From NCBI GenBank assembly GCA_031397785.1, contig JANNMK010000209.1:1-45496 (forward strand): a stretch of 45,496 nucleotides of DNA, given 5' to 3'. Each line of letters starts with the position of its first letter. Within the stretch, counting starts at the first letter, position 1. Of the stretch, positions 9,589 to 19,639 are shown one piece after another. The position numbers were made by a program, and so were the translations under genes. This DNA is from Sphingomonas sp. (GTDB lineage: Bacteria > Pseudomonadota > Alphaproteobacteria > Sphingomonadales > Sphingomonadaceae). The notes beneath the pieces are model-generated. The model saw only the letters and a program-made list of their open reading frames with translations, did not search any database and was not told the DNA's origin.

Positions 9589-10581
9589 ATGGTTTTCGGG
9601 CCGGACTTCGGAACACGATTCTCGATTTCGGTCGATACCGAGGAAGAGTTCGCCTGGGGGCAGGGGTTTGCGCGCGTAGGGCACGGGCTCGCATCGGTTT
9701 CAGCATTGCGCGAGGGGCAGCGTTTTTTCGCGGCCGCAGGCGTAGTGCCGCTATATTATGTCGACGCTCCCGTCATCGCCTCCGATGAAGCAGCCGCTAT
9801 TTTCGCTCCTTTGGCTGCCGACGGCAGCGCCGATTTCGGCGTCCATCTTCATCCGTGGGTCACTCCGCCTTTCCTCGAGGACGTCACCGCACCCAACAGC
9901 TATGCCGGCAACCTCCCCCAATCGCTCGAACGGGCCAAGCTGCGCACCACCCGGGACCTGATCGAAAGCCGTCTCGGCCTCCGTCCGATCGCCTATCGCG
10001 CCGGTCGCTACGGCATCGGCCCGAACAGCTTGCAAATCCTTGCCGAGGAAGGATTCCGCTGCGACAGTTCGGTACGTACCCTGTTTAATTATAGCGACGA
10101 TGGCGGCCCCGATTTTCGCCGGCAAACCCTGCATCCGCACTGGGCCGGGCCCGACGACAGCATTCTCGAACTGCCGCTGTCGACAGTGTTCATCGGTCAC
10201 AGCAATCGGCTCGGCCGCAGCCTTTATGGCAGGCTCGATTCCGTTCCGGCCGTACGCTCCCTGCTGGCCCGTTCCGGCCTGATCGAACGCATCCCGCTGA
10301 CGCCCGAAGGCGTGCCCGCCGCAAAGGCCTGTGCGGCGATCGACGTCGCCAGGGATATCGGCCTGTCGCTGCTGACCTTGTCGTTTCATTCACCGTCGCT
10401 GGCACCAGGCCACACGCCATATGTCCGGGACGGCACCGACCTTCGCGCCTTTTACCGCTGGTTCGACGTCATATTGGACCATTGCGCCCGGCGCGGCATC
10501 GTCAATGCCGATCTGGCGTCCATCCTGGGCGCGGCGGACAGCGCACGAAGCGACGCCCGGTCGGCAGCAGCGCTTGCGTGA
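9589..10581 (+). CDS. Polysaccharide deacetylase family protein (WalW-like)
   Basis: SVDTEEEF, GVHLHPW, YRAGRYG, DSSV, ELPL and LSFHSPS motifs. Confidence 0.85.
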   Translation: MVFGPDFGTRFSISVDTEEEFAWGQGFARVGHGLASVSALREGQRFFAAAGVVPLYYVDAPVIASDEAAAIFAPLAADGSADFGVHLHPWVTPPFLEDVTAPNSYAGNLPQSLERAKLRTTRDLIESRLGLRPIAYRAGRYGIGPNSLQILAEEGFRCDSSVRTLFNYSDDGGPDFRRQTLHPHWAGPDDSILELPLSTVFIGHSNRLGRSLYGRLDSVPAVRSLLARSGLIERIPLTPEGVPAAKACAAIDVARDIGLSLLTLSFHSPSLAPGHTPYVRDGTDLRAFYRWFDVILDHCARRGIVNADLASILGAADSARSDARSAAALA

Positions 10582-10620
10582 AGCCACTACCCTCCGCTAT
10601 CGCCGCGCCTCGACCGGGCG

Positions 10621-10695
10621 GGGCCTGTAGCTCAATGGTAGAGCTGGCCGCTCATAACGGCTAGGTTGGGGGTTCGAATCCCTCCGGGCCCACCA
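10621..10695 (+). tRNA. tRNA with CAT anticodon, most likely tRNA-Ile2 (lysidine-modified)
   Basis: GGGCCTG/CGGGCCC acceptor stem, A73, encoded CCA; anticodon loop CTCATAA; no C1:A72 mismatch or triple G-C anticodon stem of initiator Met. Confidence 0.9.
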
Positions 10696-10723
10696 GGTCG
10701 ATCGGAAACGGGGAGGGCAGCGA

Positions 10724-11596
10724 ATGATCGTCGAACCGCGCAGCTGGCTGTTCGTCCCCGGCGACAGCGATAAAAAGCTCGGCAAGATTGCGCAGTGCGG
10801 GGCGGACGCGGTCATCATCGACCTCGAGGATTCGGTTGCCCCGGCCCGGAAAACCGAAGCGCGCTTGATGACGGCAAAGGTCTTGGCCGATACCAGCCGC
10901 AACGGGCCGCAATTGTGGGTGCGTATCAATCCGCTCGACACGCCGCAGTGCGCTGCCGATATCGCCGCCATCGTCGCTGAATGCCCGGATGGCCTCGTCC
11001 TGCCCAAATGCGAAGGTCCGGCCGATGTCGAGCGGCTGGCCGGGCTGATCGATGCGGCGGGCGGCGCCGGATCGATCCATATTCACGCAATCGCGACCGA
11101 AACGCCGCGTGCGGTGTTCAAACTGTCCGGCTTTGCCGATCATCATGTCGCGCGGCTCAATGCGATCAGCTGGGGTGCCGAGGATCTCGCCACTGCTATC
11201 GGCGCGAGCGGCAATCGCCATGCCGACGGCAGGTTCCATGATGCATTTCTCCATATACGCACGCTGGCCCTGTTCGCGGCGCATGCGGCAGGGGTGCAGG
11301 CGGTCGACACGCTCTACGCCAATTTCACGGACGCAGCCGGTCTGAAACTGGCCTGTGAGCGCGCCCGCGCCGAAGGATTCACCGGTTGCCTCGCCATTCA
11401 TCCGGCCCAGGTGGCGGTGATCAATGCCGCATTTCTGCCGAGCGCTGCAGAGATCGAGCGCGCATCGCGCATCATCGCGGCTTTCGAACAAGCAGGCGAT
11501 GTCGGCACGGTCGGCATCGAAGGCAAGATGATCGACCGGCCACATCTGGTCCAGTCGCAGCGATTGCTGGCCCGCCACCGACGATTTACCGCATGA
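10724..11596 (+). CDS. CitE-like CoA-ester lyase (HpcH/HpaI aldolase-citrate lyase family)
   Basis: RSWLFVPGD, DAVIIDLEDSV, WVRIN, LPKCE, WGAEDL, AIHPAQV, GKMIDRPH. Confidence 0.9.
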   Translation: MIVEPRSWLFVPGDSDKKLGKIAQCGADAVIIDLEDSVAPARKTEARLMTAKVLADTSRNGPQLWVRINPLDTPQCAADIAAIVAECPDGLVLPKCEGPADVERLAGLIDAAGGAGSIHIHAIATETPRAVFKLSGFADHHVARLNAISWGAEDLATAIGASGNRHADGRFHDAFLHIRTLALFAAHAAGVQAVDTLYANFTDAAGLKLACERARAEGFTGCLAIHPAQVAVINAAFLPSAAEIERASRIIAAFEQAGDVGTVGIEGKMIDRPHLVQSQRLLARHRRFTA

Positions 11597-11703
11597 TCCA
11601 TGCCGTGCTGCGGGCGCGGAAATGTCCGTCAGATCTCGCAATATGACGCGCAGGCCGAGTTGGCATTGCATCCGCGCGCGCACCCGCCTAAGGCCGCGTC
11701 CGT

Positions 11704-11783
<80 letters not shown>

Positions 11784-11944
11784 TTCCGGTCGGTCCGCCA
11801 CTCGTAAGGTGGACACCTCCGAACGCGCCATCGATATCAGAGAAATCCACCCACCCTGTCACAGGCGGCGATGGACGGCGCGGTGAAGCGATAGCATAGC
11901 TTGCACGGCAGCGTCCGGCCGCCATCGGCTATATCCTCGATTGC

Positions 11945-12232
11945 TCATCGCTCGACTTGCTGTCCTTCATCCGCTGCTTGGTCATCGGACGGGGTAGCCG
12001 CGACATCCTCGGCCGCTGCCGCAGCTTCGGCGTTCAGCGCTGCCAGTTCCTCCTGGGCTTCTTCCTCAACCGCAATCACTGCCTGGTCCGCACGATCCTC
12101 GATCTCGACTGCTCGTGCCTCGAGTTCTTCGGACAATTGCGAAGCATCGGCGATTTCGCTTTCCGCCGGTCCATCAGAACAGCCGGCGAGCAAGACTAGC
12201 GCTCCAATCGTCGAGGCCAGCCTTATTTTCAT
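11945..12232 (-). CDS. Small acidic lipoprotein
   Basis: MKIRLASTIGALVLLAG-C lipobox; ATGA overlap with the upstream peptidase stop; E/D/A-rich helix. Confidence 0.75.
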   Translation of the reverse strand: MKIRLASTIGALVLLAGCSDGPAESEIADASQLSEELEARAVEIEDRADQAVIAVEEEAQEELAALNAEAAAAAEDVAATPSDDQAADEGQQVER

Positions 12233-13614
12233 TGCGGCATCGCTGCCAGCGGCTCGGCTGCGTTGGCAAGTTCGGCCAGCGTGACGGTCCACGCCGCGAC
12301 ATTCTGGGCCAGATCGGCAGGGATTATCTTGTCGAACGTATCGTCCGGCGTGTGATGCAGATCGAAATAATCGCTGCCGTCCTGCTGCAGATCGATCAGC
12401 GGCACCCCCGATTCGGCGAGCGGGCCGATGTCAGCCCCACCGCCGGCCACCGCAGAACCGCGTGCTATGCCCAATGGAGCCAGACCCGCTGCAATCCGGT
12501 CGCGCACCGCCGAAGCGCCATCGGGCAGCTTGAAATCGACCCGCCACACCCGGCCCGCGCCAAAATCGGATTCGAGTGCCGCGGCGTGATTGTCGCTGGC
12601 ATGCGCTTCACCATAAGCGCGCCCGCCCCACACGCCGACTTCTTCGGCGCCCGCCAGCAACAGGCGGATGGTCCGGCGCGGACGGCCCGATGCCGCGACC
12701 CGTTTGGCTGCCGCCACGATTATGCCGCAGCCGGCCGCATCGTCGATTGCCCCGGTGCCAAGATCCCAGCTGTCGAGATGGCAGGCCGCAACGACGATGC
12801 CCGCAGCAGGGTCGCTGCCGATGACGTCGGCGATGACATTGCCGGATGGCTGCGGCCCCAGATTGCGCGGCGTCAGCAACAGACGCATCCGCACTGGTCC
12901 CCCTCGCACAGCCGTGCGGTCGAGCATCCTCTCCAGATTGTCGGCGTCCGGATTTGAAATCGCGCCTGCTGGGATGGGCGTTACCCCTTGCGCGAAATTG
13001 GTGTTGCCGGTGTGCGGGTTGCGGTGGCTGTCGGTGCCGACCGACCGGATGACGATCGCCGCTGCGCCGCGCTGCGCCGCGCGATTCGGTCCGGAAAAGC
13101 GCACCGGCCCGAACGCACCATAGCTCGATCCGTCCTGCGTCCGCCGCATGGCATGGCCGATGTAGACGATCTTGCCCCGGATCGCACTGTCGGGCGCAGC
13201 CTCGAATTCGGCGAGACTACGAAAGCCTGCAACCTCGCCCTCCATGCCGTCGGCCGGAGTGGCACCGCTATTGCCCAGCGCAGTGATCGCCAGTGCTTGC
13301 GGATAGGGCGAAAGGACGCTCGCCCGCTCTTCGCCGCGCACCCATGTCGGCATCGTGAATGTCTCGATCCGGACATTGGCGAAACCCATCGACCGCAGCC
13401 GGTCCACGGCCCACTGGCGCGCCCGCGCCTCCGCCTCGGTCCCGCCCTGGCGTGGGCCGACCTCGGTGGTGATGTCACGCACGAAATCGAGCGCGATCGT
13501 GTCGGTCAGCGCGGCATCGCGCATGGTGACAATGGCATCGGGCCCCGGTTGCGCCAGCACGGGCAGGGGCAGAGCGATGGCGAGGCTGGCGATCAGCAGG
13601 GTGCGTGGTGTCAT
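12229..13614 (-). CDS. M28 family metallopeptidase (carboxypeptidase Q-like, PA domain)
   Basis: Signal peptide; HLDSWD, GAIDDAAG, AEEVG, ESD and HHTPDDT zinc-ligand motifs. Confidence 0.9.
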   Translation of the reverse strand: MTPRTLLIASLAIALPLPVLAQPGPDAIVTMRDAALTDTIALDFVRDITTEVGPRQGGTEAEARARQWAVDRLRSMGFANVRIETFTMPTWVRGEERASVLSPYPQALAITALGNSGATPADGMEGEVAGFRSLAEFEAAPDSAIRGKIVYIGHAMRRTQDGSSYGAFGPVRFSGPNRAAQRGAAAIVIRSVGTDSHRNPHTGNTNFAQGVTPIPAGAISNPDADNLERMLDRTAVRGGPVRMRLLLTPRNLGPQPSGNVIADVIGSDPAAGIVVAACHLDSWDLGTGAIDDAAGCGIIVAAAKRVAASGRPRRTIRLLLAGAEEVGVWGGRAYGEAHASDNHAAALESDFGAGRVWRVDFKLPDGASAVRDRIAAGLAPLGIARGSAVAGGGADIGPLAESGVPLIDLQQDGSDYFDLHHTPDDTFDKIIPADLAQNVAAWTVTLAELANAAEPLAAMPQ

Positions 13615-13769
13615 CCGGCGGGGATAGCGGCCCCCGCCGCGCTTGCCAATTGCCCGCCACATTTTGCGGACGCCAAAGCAAGTTGCCAGTCGCGCCGCCC
13701 TCGGCTAACCGCGCCGCAACCCCGCTGCACACCGTGCGGTCCCAGCTTTTACCATCCGGAGTCTCACCC

Positions 13770-15449
13770 ATGGCCGCCCAATATAGCTATGTGATGAAGG
13801 GCATGACCAAGACCTTTCCCGGCGCGCCAAAGCCGGTGCTCAGCAACATCCATCTGCAATTTTATTCCGATGCAAAAATCGGCATCGTCGGCCCCAACGG
13901 CGTCGGCAAATCCACCCTGATGAAGATCATGGCCGGTATGGACACCGAATTTTCGGGCGAGGCCTGGGCGGGTGACGGCATCACCGTGGGCTATCTCGAA
14001 CAGGAACCGCAGCTCGACGAAAGCAAGACGGTCAAGGAAAATGTCATGGATGGCGTCCGGGGTGTCGCCGACATGATGGCTCGCTTCGACGAGATTTCCA
14101 CGATCATGGCCGATCCGCCCGAGGACGCGGATTTCGATGCACTCATGGAAGAAATGGGCACGCTCCAGGAAAAGATCGACGCGGTCGACGGCTGGACGCT
14201 CGACAACCAGCTCGAAATCGCGATGGAGGCGCTGAATTGCCCGCCCGGCGACTGGCCGGTCACCGATCTGTCCGGCGGTGAAAAGCGCCGCATCGCCCTG
14301 ACCCGGCTGCTGCTCGAAAAGCCGGGCATATTGCTGCTCGATGAGCCGACCAACCACCTCGATGCCGAATCGGTAGCCTGGCTGGAAAAGCATCTCGTCG
14401 ATTATCCCGGCAACGTCATCCTCGTCACCCACGACCGCTATTTTCTCGACAATGTCGTCAACTGGATCCTCGAACTCGATCGCGGCCGCTATTTCCCTTA
14501 CGAAGGCAATTACTCGACCTATCTGGAGAAAAAAGCGAAACGCCTCGAGCAGGAATCGCGCGAAGATCAGGGCCGGCAAAAGGCGATTCGCGACGAGCTC
14601 GAATGGATCCGTCAGTCGCCAAAGGCCCGGCAGGCCAAATCCAAGGCGCGTATCAAGAGCTTCGATCAGCTGGTCGAGGCGCAGGAAAACCGCACCCCCG
14701 GCAAGGCGCAGATCCTCATCCAGATCCCCGAACGGCTCGGCGGCAAGGTGATAGAGGTCAACAACCTGTCAAAGGCCTATGGCGACAAGCAGCTGTTCAA
14801 CGACCTCAGCTTCAGCCTGCCACCGGGCGGGATCGTCGGCGTCATCGGCCCCAATGGTGCAGGCAAATCGACACTGTTCAAACTGCTCACCGGCAAGGAA
14901 ACGCCCGACAGCGGCCAGGTCGATATCGGCCCCACGGTCAAACTCGGCTTCGTCGACCAGAGCCGCGACGACCTCGATGCCGGCCATAATGTCTGGGAGG
15001 AAATCTCCGGCGGCCACGACATCATGACCATTGGCAAACAGGAAATGTCGACCCGCGCCTATGTCGGCGCGTTCAATTTCAAGGGCGGCGACCAGCAGAA
15101 AAAGGTCGGGCAGTTGTCCGGCGGTGAACGCAACCGCGTCCATATGGCCAAGATGCTCAAACAGGGCGGCAACGTCCTGCTGCTCGACGAACCGACCAAC
15201 GATCTCGACACCGAAACCCTCGCCGCGCTCGAAGAAGCGCTCGAAAGCTTCGCCGGCTGCGCGGTCGTCATCAGCCACGACCGCTTCTTCCTCGATCGTC
15301 TCTGCACCCACATCCTCGCGTTCGAAGGCGATGCTCATGTCGAATGGTTCGAAGGCAATTTCGACAGCTACGAAGAAGACAAGCGCCGCAGGTTCGGCGA
15401 TGCGGCGGATCGCCCGGCACGGGTGGCCTATAAAAAACTGACGCGATGA
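13770..15449 (+). CDS. ettA: Energy-dependent translational throttle ABC-F protein EttA
   Basis: MAAQYSYVM start; two ABC domains (GPNGVGKST and GPNGAGKST; LSGGE twice; LLLDEPTN twice); ELEWIRQSPKARQAKSKAR linker. Confidence 0.96.
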   Translation: MAAQYSYVMKGMTKTFPGAPKPVLSNIHLQFYSDAKIGIVGPNGVGKSTLMKIMAGMDTEFSGEAWAGDGITVGYLEQEPQLDESKTVKENVMDGVRGVADMMARFDEISTIMADPPEDADFDALMEEMGTLQEKIDAVDGWTLDNQLEIAMEALNCPPGDWPVTDLSGGEKRRIALTRLLLEKPGILLLDEPTNHLDAESVAWLEKHLVDYPGNVILVTHDRYFLDNVVNWILELDRGRYFPYEGNYSTYLEKKAKRLEQESREDQGRQKAIRDELEWIRQSPKARQAKSKARIKSFDQLVEAQENRTPGKAQILIQIPERLGGKVIEVNNLSKAYGDKQLFNDLSFSLPPGGIVGVIGPNGAGKSTLFKLLTGKETPDSGQVDIGPTVKLGFVDQSRDDLDAGHNVWEEISGGHDIMTIGKQEMSTRAYVGAFNFKGGDQQKKVGQLSGGERNRVHMAKMLKQGGNVLLLDEPTNDLDTETLAALEEALESFAGCAVVISHDRFFLDRLCTHILAFEGDAHVEWFEGNFDSYEEDKRRRFGDAADRPARVAYKKLTR

Positions 15450-15583
15450 CCGGGTTCTGAGAAGGAGCGGTCTGGCAGATCATCGCCGCCGATGGTCAAA
15501 GCCACTCGTCGAGGTCGGCGCTATTGGCGCTCGATGGTCCCGCCATCATGCGATCATGCCGGATGCGCGCTGCAAGGCGTCGC

Positions 15584-16336
15584 TTACCGCACCCGCTTCA
15601 CCCACACCGTCTTTTCCCGGCGCTCGGTCTGGAAATTGGGGATCGCCGCGATCAGGTCAGAAAAGCGCTTGAAGCCATAGTTGCGGACATCGAAGCTCGA
15701 CCGATTGTTGGCGATGTTGCCGACCTCACTCAGATTGGCAAAGCCGCGCTCGTCATGCTTTGCCGCCTTCCATGCCGCGCCGAGCAGCTTGAGCAATTCC
15801 GGATCGACCGCTGCGCTCCCCGCCGGTTTCGCTGCGGGGGCAGGGGGCGCAACCGGGGTTTCGTCGGCGGCCTCGGCATCGTCGCTTTTCACCAGCGCAT
15901 CGACATCGATGAACCGGGTGCAGGCCTGCCTGAACCCTTCGGGCGTTTTCGCCGACCCGAAACCATAGACCGGCAGGCCGTCCTGCCTGATCCGCATCGC
16001 CAGCGGCATGAAGTCGCTGTCGCTCGACATGATCCCGAACCCGCCGACATGGCCGCGATAGAGCAGATCGAGCGCATCGATCGTCATCTTCATGTCGGTT
16101 GCGTTCTTGCCCTTGGTAATGTCGAACTGCTGCTGCGGCTCGATGCCATAGCGATGCACCAGCCCCGCCCAATTCATCAGCCCGGGCTTGGACCAGTTGC
16201 CATAGGCGCGGCGGATGTTGACCGACCCCAGCTCAGCCAGCACCGTCAGCACCGGGTCTATGCCTGCATGGCTGGCGTTATCTGCGTCGATCAGCAGGGC
16301 GATGTTGAGATGCGGGGTGGTGGTGCTCATCTGCAC
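15584..16336 (-). CDS. NYN (LabA/DUF88) domain protein with C-terminal OST-HTH/LOTUS domain
   Basis: LLIDADN, RAYGNW, GKNATD and SSDSDF PIN-like acidic motifs; C-terminal FDVRNYGFKRFSDLI. Confidence 0.88.
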   Translation of the reverse strand: MQMSTTTPHLNIALLIDADNASHAGIDPVLTVLAELGSVNIRRAYGNWSKPGLMNWAGLVHRYGIEPQQQFDITKGKNATDMKMTIDALDLLYRGHVGGFGIMSSDSDFMPLAMRIRQDGLPVYGFGSAKTPEGFRQACTRFIDVDALVKSDDAEAADETPVAPPAPAAKPAGSAAVDPELLKLLGAAWKAAKHDERGFANLSEVGNIANNRSSFDVRNYGFKRFSDLIAAIPNFQTERREKTVWVKRVR

Positions 16337-16438
16337 ATCCTGCCCGCTCTATCGCATTTTGCCAAGCAGGTGCCAGGCAGGCCGGGTCGCGAATGTCTGT
16401 CGCCGGGCGGGTTATGGGCCGTCCACCTCAGGCATCGG

Positions 16439-17050
16439 TTACGGCACCACCCAGCGACCGTCCCAATTGCCGCCATCGCGCGTGAACACCGCGCGCCGGT
16501 GCCCGCTGTTCGCCAGATGCAACCAGTCGATGCGATCGATCTCCACCATCAGCAGGGCAAAATTGGCGCGGGCAGGGCGAATATCCCGCGCATCAGGTTC
16601 ACGCCCCTCGACCCACAGCGGCAATCCCGATGCCGGGCCATCGAGCGCGCTGCCCGGCGCGGCTTCGGCCAGATAGCATCGCCGCGCAAACAGCGTCGAA
16701 CCCGCCCAGATGGTATCGACCGCATCGCTATCGCGAACCACTTTTGCCGTTCCGCTCAGCCGCAATTGCACCGCCTGTTCGGGGTGATAGGCCAGCACAT
16801 GAACCGCAGCACCGTCGGGCGCACCGTCGCCAAGCTCGCTGACCTTGGGCGACCGGGCGTCGGTGTGGAACCGCAGCATCGCGCCATCGCGGTCCGCGGC
16901 GCGCAGCACCAGCACCCGTTGTGTCGGGCGTCCGCTTGCATCGATGCTCGCCAGCACCGGGACATGCATCGGGCTTTTGCGGCTGCGCGCGCCATCGCTC
17001 AACATTGTCCAGGCTCCATCGAGCGCGGCGGTCAGTTCGCTGTCCATCAT
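16439..17050 (-). CDS. Pyridoxamine 5'-phosphate oxidase-like FMN-binding protein
   Basis: RVLVLR, FHTDARSPK, QLRLSG, IDWLHL...GHRRA. Confidence 0.85.
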   Translation of the reverse strand: MMDSELTAALDGAWTMLSDGARSRKSPMHVPVLASIDASGRPTQRVLVLRAADRDGAMLRFHTDARSPKVSELGDGAPDGAAVHVLAYHPEQAVQLRLSGTAKVVRDSDAVDTIWAGSTLFARRCYLAEAAPGSALDGPASGLPLWVEGREPDARDIRPARANFALLMVEIDRIDWLHLANSGHRRAVFTRDGGNWDGRWVVP

Positions 17051-17673
17051 CCGACCTCGGCAAACAGGCCGCTTGCCTCGTCCAGCACGTGCAGTCCGCC
17101 CGAAGCGATAGCGAACCAGGCGCCGTGCAGTCTCAGCTCGCCCGCTGCCTCACGTTCGGCGATAAATGGAAAGCTCCGCAGATTGGCGATGCTGACCTTG
17201 ATCGCCTCATGTTCCAGCGCCAACTGCCGGTCGCCCTCGCATTCGTTCAGCACCCGGTCGCGCGCGTCGCTGACGATGGTCATCCAGTCATCGACGAAAC
17301 TGCGCGCTTCGGCACCGATGGTTCCGCCGTTCAGTGCGGCACGGATTCCGCCGCACTGGCCATGCCCCAATACGACGATGTGCTTGACGCCAAGGCCCAG
17401 CACCCCGAATTCGATGGCGGCCGATGCACCATGCAGTCCGCCACCGGTTTCGAAGGGCGGAACCAGATTGGCGACATTGCGCAGCGCGAAAACCTGGCCG
17501 GGTATCGTATCGAACACCGTTGCCGGATCGACACGGCTGTCACAGCAGGAAATGATCATGACAGGCGGCGCCTGTCCATTGTTCGACAGGGCATCGAACC
17601 GCGCCTTCTGCGCGACATAGCTGTGCGAACGAAATCGGCGGTATCCATCGACCAGTGCAGTGAATTCGGGCAT
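17047..17673 (-). CDS. Beta-class carbonic anhydrase
   Basis: [15 protein letters not shown] and HGQCGG zinc ligands; 4-nt overlap with the downstream gene. Confidence 0.93.
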   Translation of the reverse strand: MPEFTALVDGYRRFRSHSYVAQKARFDALSNNGQAPPVMIISCCDSRVDPATVFDTIPGQVFALRNVANLVPPFETGGGLHGASAAIEFGVLGLGVKHIVVLGHGQCGGIRAALNGGTIGAEARSFVDDWMTIVSDARDRVLNECEGDRQLALEHEAIKVSIANLRSFPFIAEREAAGELRLHGAWFAIASGGLHVLDEASGLFAEVG

Positions 17674-17737
17674 GGCGGCGCGCTATCGTATCGCAGCGGT
17701 GATGACAATTGCCACTGCCGTCGCTATTTACCCGGCT

Positions 17738-18655
17738 ATGATCGAAACCGCCGCAGCTTCCCATATCCGCACGCGCAAGCCCGACTGGATTCGCGTCAAG
17801 GCACCCACCAGCCCGGGCTTCAACGAAACGCGTCGTTTGATGCGCGATCTTGGCCTCAACACCGTGTGCGAAGAAGCCGCCTGCCCCAATATCGGCGAAT
17901 GCTGGACCAGAAAACACGCCACGGTGATGATCCTGGGCGATACCTGCACACGCGCTTGCGCCTTTTGCAACGTCAAGACCGGAATGCCGCGCGCCGTCGA
18001 TGCGCTCGAACCCGACCATGTCGCCACTGTCGCTCAGACCATGGGCCTCAGCCACATCGTCATCACCTCGGTCGATCGCGACGATCTGCCCGATGGCGGC
18101 GCATCGCAGTTCGTCCGGGTGATCGAGGCGCTGCGCGCCCGGGTGCCCGCGACCACCATCGAGATTCTCACGCCCGATTTCCGCAACAAACCGATGGCGG
18201 CGATAGAGGCAATCATTGCCGCGCGACCGGATGTGTACAATCACAATGTCGAAACGGTGCCGCGGCTTTATCCCACCATCCGGCCCGGTGCCCGCTATTA
18301 TGCATCGCTGCGATTGCTCGAAACCGTCAAGCGGCTGGACCCGTCGATCTTTACCAAATCGGGCATCATGCTCGGCCTGGGGGAGGAACGGATGGAGGTG
18401 CATCAGGTGATGGACGATATGCGCTGCGCCGACGTCGATTTCCTGACCATGGGCCAATATCTCCAGCCCACGCCGCGCCACGCGAAAGTGATCGATTTCA
18501 TCACGCCCCAGGCGTTCGATGCCTATGCCCAGATCGCCCGCGCAAAAGGCTTTCTGCAGGTGGCATCATCCCCGCTGACCCGCTCAAGCTATCATGCCGG
18601 TGATGATTTCGTCGCGATGCGCGCCGCGCGTCAGGCCAAACTGGCGCTGGTCTGA
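17738..18655 (+). CDS. lipA: Lipoyl synthase
   Basis: RKPDWIRVK; [12 protein letters not shown] and CTRACAFC Fe-S motifs; RSSYHA. Confidence 0.97.
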   Translation: MIETAAASHIRTRKPDWIRVKAPTSPGFNETRRLMRDLGLNTVCEEAACPNIGECWTRKHATVMILGDTCTRACAFCNVKTGMPRAVDALEPDHVATVAQTMGLSHIVITSVDRDDLPDGGASQFVRVIEALRARVPATTIEILTPDFRNKPMAAIEAIIAARPDVYNHNVETVPRLYPTIRPGARYYASLRLLETVKRLDPSIFTKSGIMLGLGEERMEVHQVMDDMRCADVDFLTMGQYLQPTPRHAKVIDFITPQAFDAYAQIARAKGFLQVASSPLTRSSYHAGDDFVAMRAARQAKLALV

Positions 18656-18668
18656 CCGGACAACCGCC

Positions 18669-19163
18669 ATGCCGCGCCATCACGAAATCCGGCATATGCC
18701 GTATAGTCCCGAACAGATGTTCGACCTTGTCGCCGACGTCGCCCGCTATGGGGAGTTTCTGCCATGGGTGGTCGGCGTGCGCGTCCGGTCCGATGGCGAT
18801 ACCGAAAGCATCGCCGACCTCATCGTCGGCTTCAAGGGGTTGCGTGAACGGTTCACGTCGCGGGTCCACAAGGCCCGGCCGGCCAGCATCCGGGTCGATT
18901 ATCTCGACGGCCCGCTCAAACATCTTGCCAACCAATGGCAGTTCGCTCCCGCAGCTGACGGACGCGGTTGCAGCGTCGATTTCACTGTCGATTTCGCCTT
19001 TCGCAACAGCCTGTTCGAACGGCTCGCCGGCCAGGTGTTCGACAAGGCGTTGCGCAAGATGATCGGCGCATTCGAAGAACGCGCTGCCGCGCTTTACGGG
19101 CAGCAACCGGTCAGCGCGTCCTTTTCCGGCAACAGCAGTTCGAGCGCGATCAGGGCTGCCTGA
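18669..19163 (+). CDS. ratA: RatA/Coq10 START-domain protein
   Basis: PYSPEQMFDLVADVARYGEFLPW, GPLKHLANQW, AFEERA; located downstream of lipA. Confidence 0.88.
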   Translation: MPRHHEIRHMPYSPEQMFDLVADVARYGEFLPWVVGVRVRSDGDTESIADLIVGFKGLRERFTSRVHKARPASIRVDYLDGPLKHLANQWQFAPAADGRGCSVDFTVDFAFRNSLFERLAGQVFDKALRKMIGAFEERAAALYGQQPVSASFSGNSSSSAIRAA

Positions 19164-19639
19164 CGCCGGATACCGGCGCGCCCGCCGCTCGCATCGATCA
19201 GCTTGGTTTCCGAATAGGCATCGTCGGTCGATTGGCCGCGCATCGCCCGGCTGAACACGACTGTGCCGACCGGCTTGGCTGCGCTGCCGCCACCCGGCCC
19301 TGCGACCCCGGAAACAGCCACCGCGACATCCGCCTCGCCGCGGTCGAGCGCCCCCTTGGCCATCGCCCAGGCGCAGGCCATCGACACCGCACCGAAAGTG
19401 GCGATGATGTCGCCCGAAACGCCCAGCAGCTTCTGCTTGGCTTCGTTGGAATAGGTGACGAACCCCGCACCGAACACGTCCGAACTTCCCGGCACATCGG
19501 TCAGCGCCGTCGATACCATCCCGCCGGTGCAGCTTTCGGCGAGCGCGACCGTGCGTCCGACGGCGCGGTTTTCCTCGATGACCCGGATCGCCAGTGCGCG
19601 GATTGCGCCGTCGTCATCGTCGAGAACGCTATCGATCAT
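19094..19639 (-). CDS. cinA: CinA C-terminal domain protein (NMN deamidase PncC-like)
   Basis: AESCTGG, GSSDVF, TYSNEAK, FGAVS, SGVAGPGGG, KPVGTV. Confidence 0.9.
   Translation of the reverse strand: MIDSVLDDDDGAIRALAIRVIEENRAVGRTVALAESCTGGMVSTALTDVPGSSDVFGAGFVTYSNEAKQKLLGVSGDIIATFGAVSMACAWAMAKGALDRGEADVAVAVSGVAGPGGGSAAKPVGTVVFSRAMRGQSTDDAYSETKLIDASGGRAGIRRQAALIALELLLPEKDALTGCCP

Noticed and set aside
15524-18603. Long ORFs of 698 aa (15524-17620) and 560 aa (16921-18603)
   Set aside because: Antisense or off-frame shadows of the NYN, PNPOx-like, carbonic anhydrase and lipA genes.
19094-19163. 70-bp convergent overlap of ratA and cinA
   Set aside because: It only involves low-complexity C-terminal tails; such overlaps are common in compact high-GC genomes.
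18669-19163. Type II toxin-antitoxin system
   Set aside because: RatA/Coq10 is a ubiquinone-binding START protein and no RatB/antitoxin gene is adjacent.
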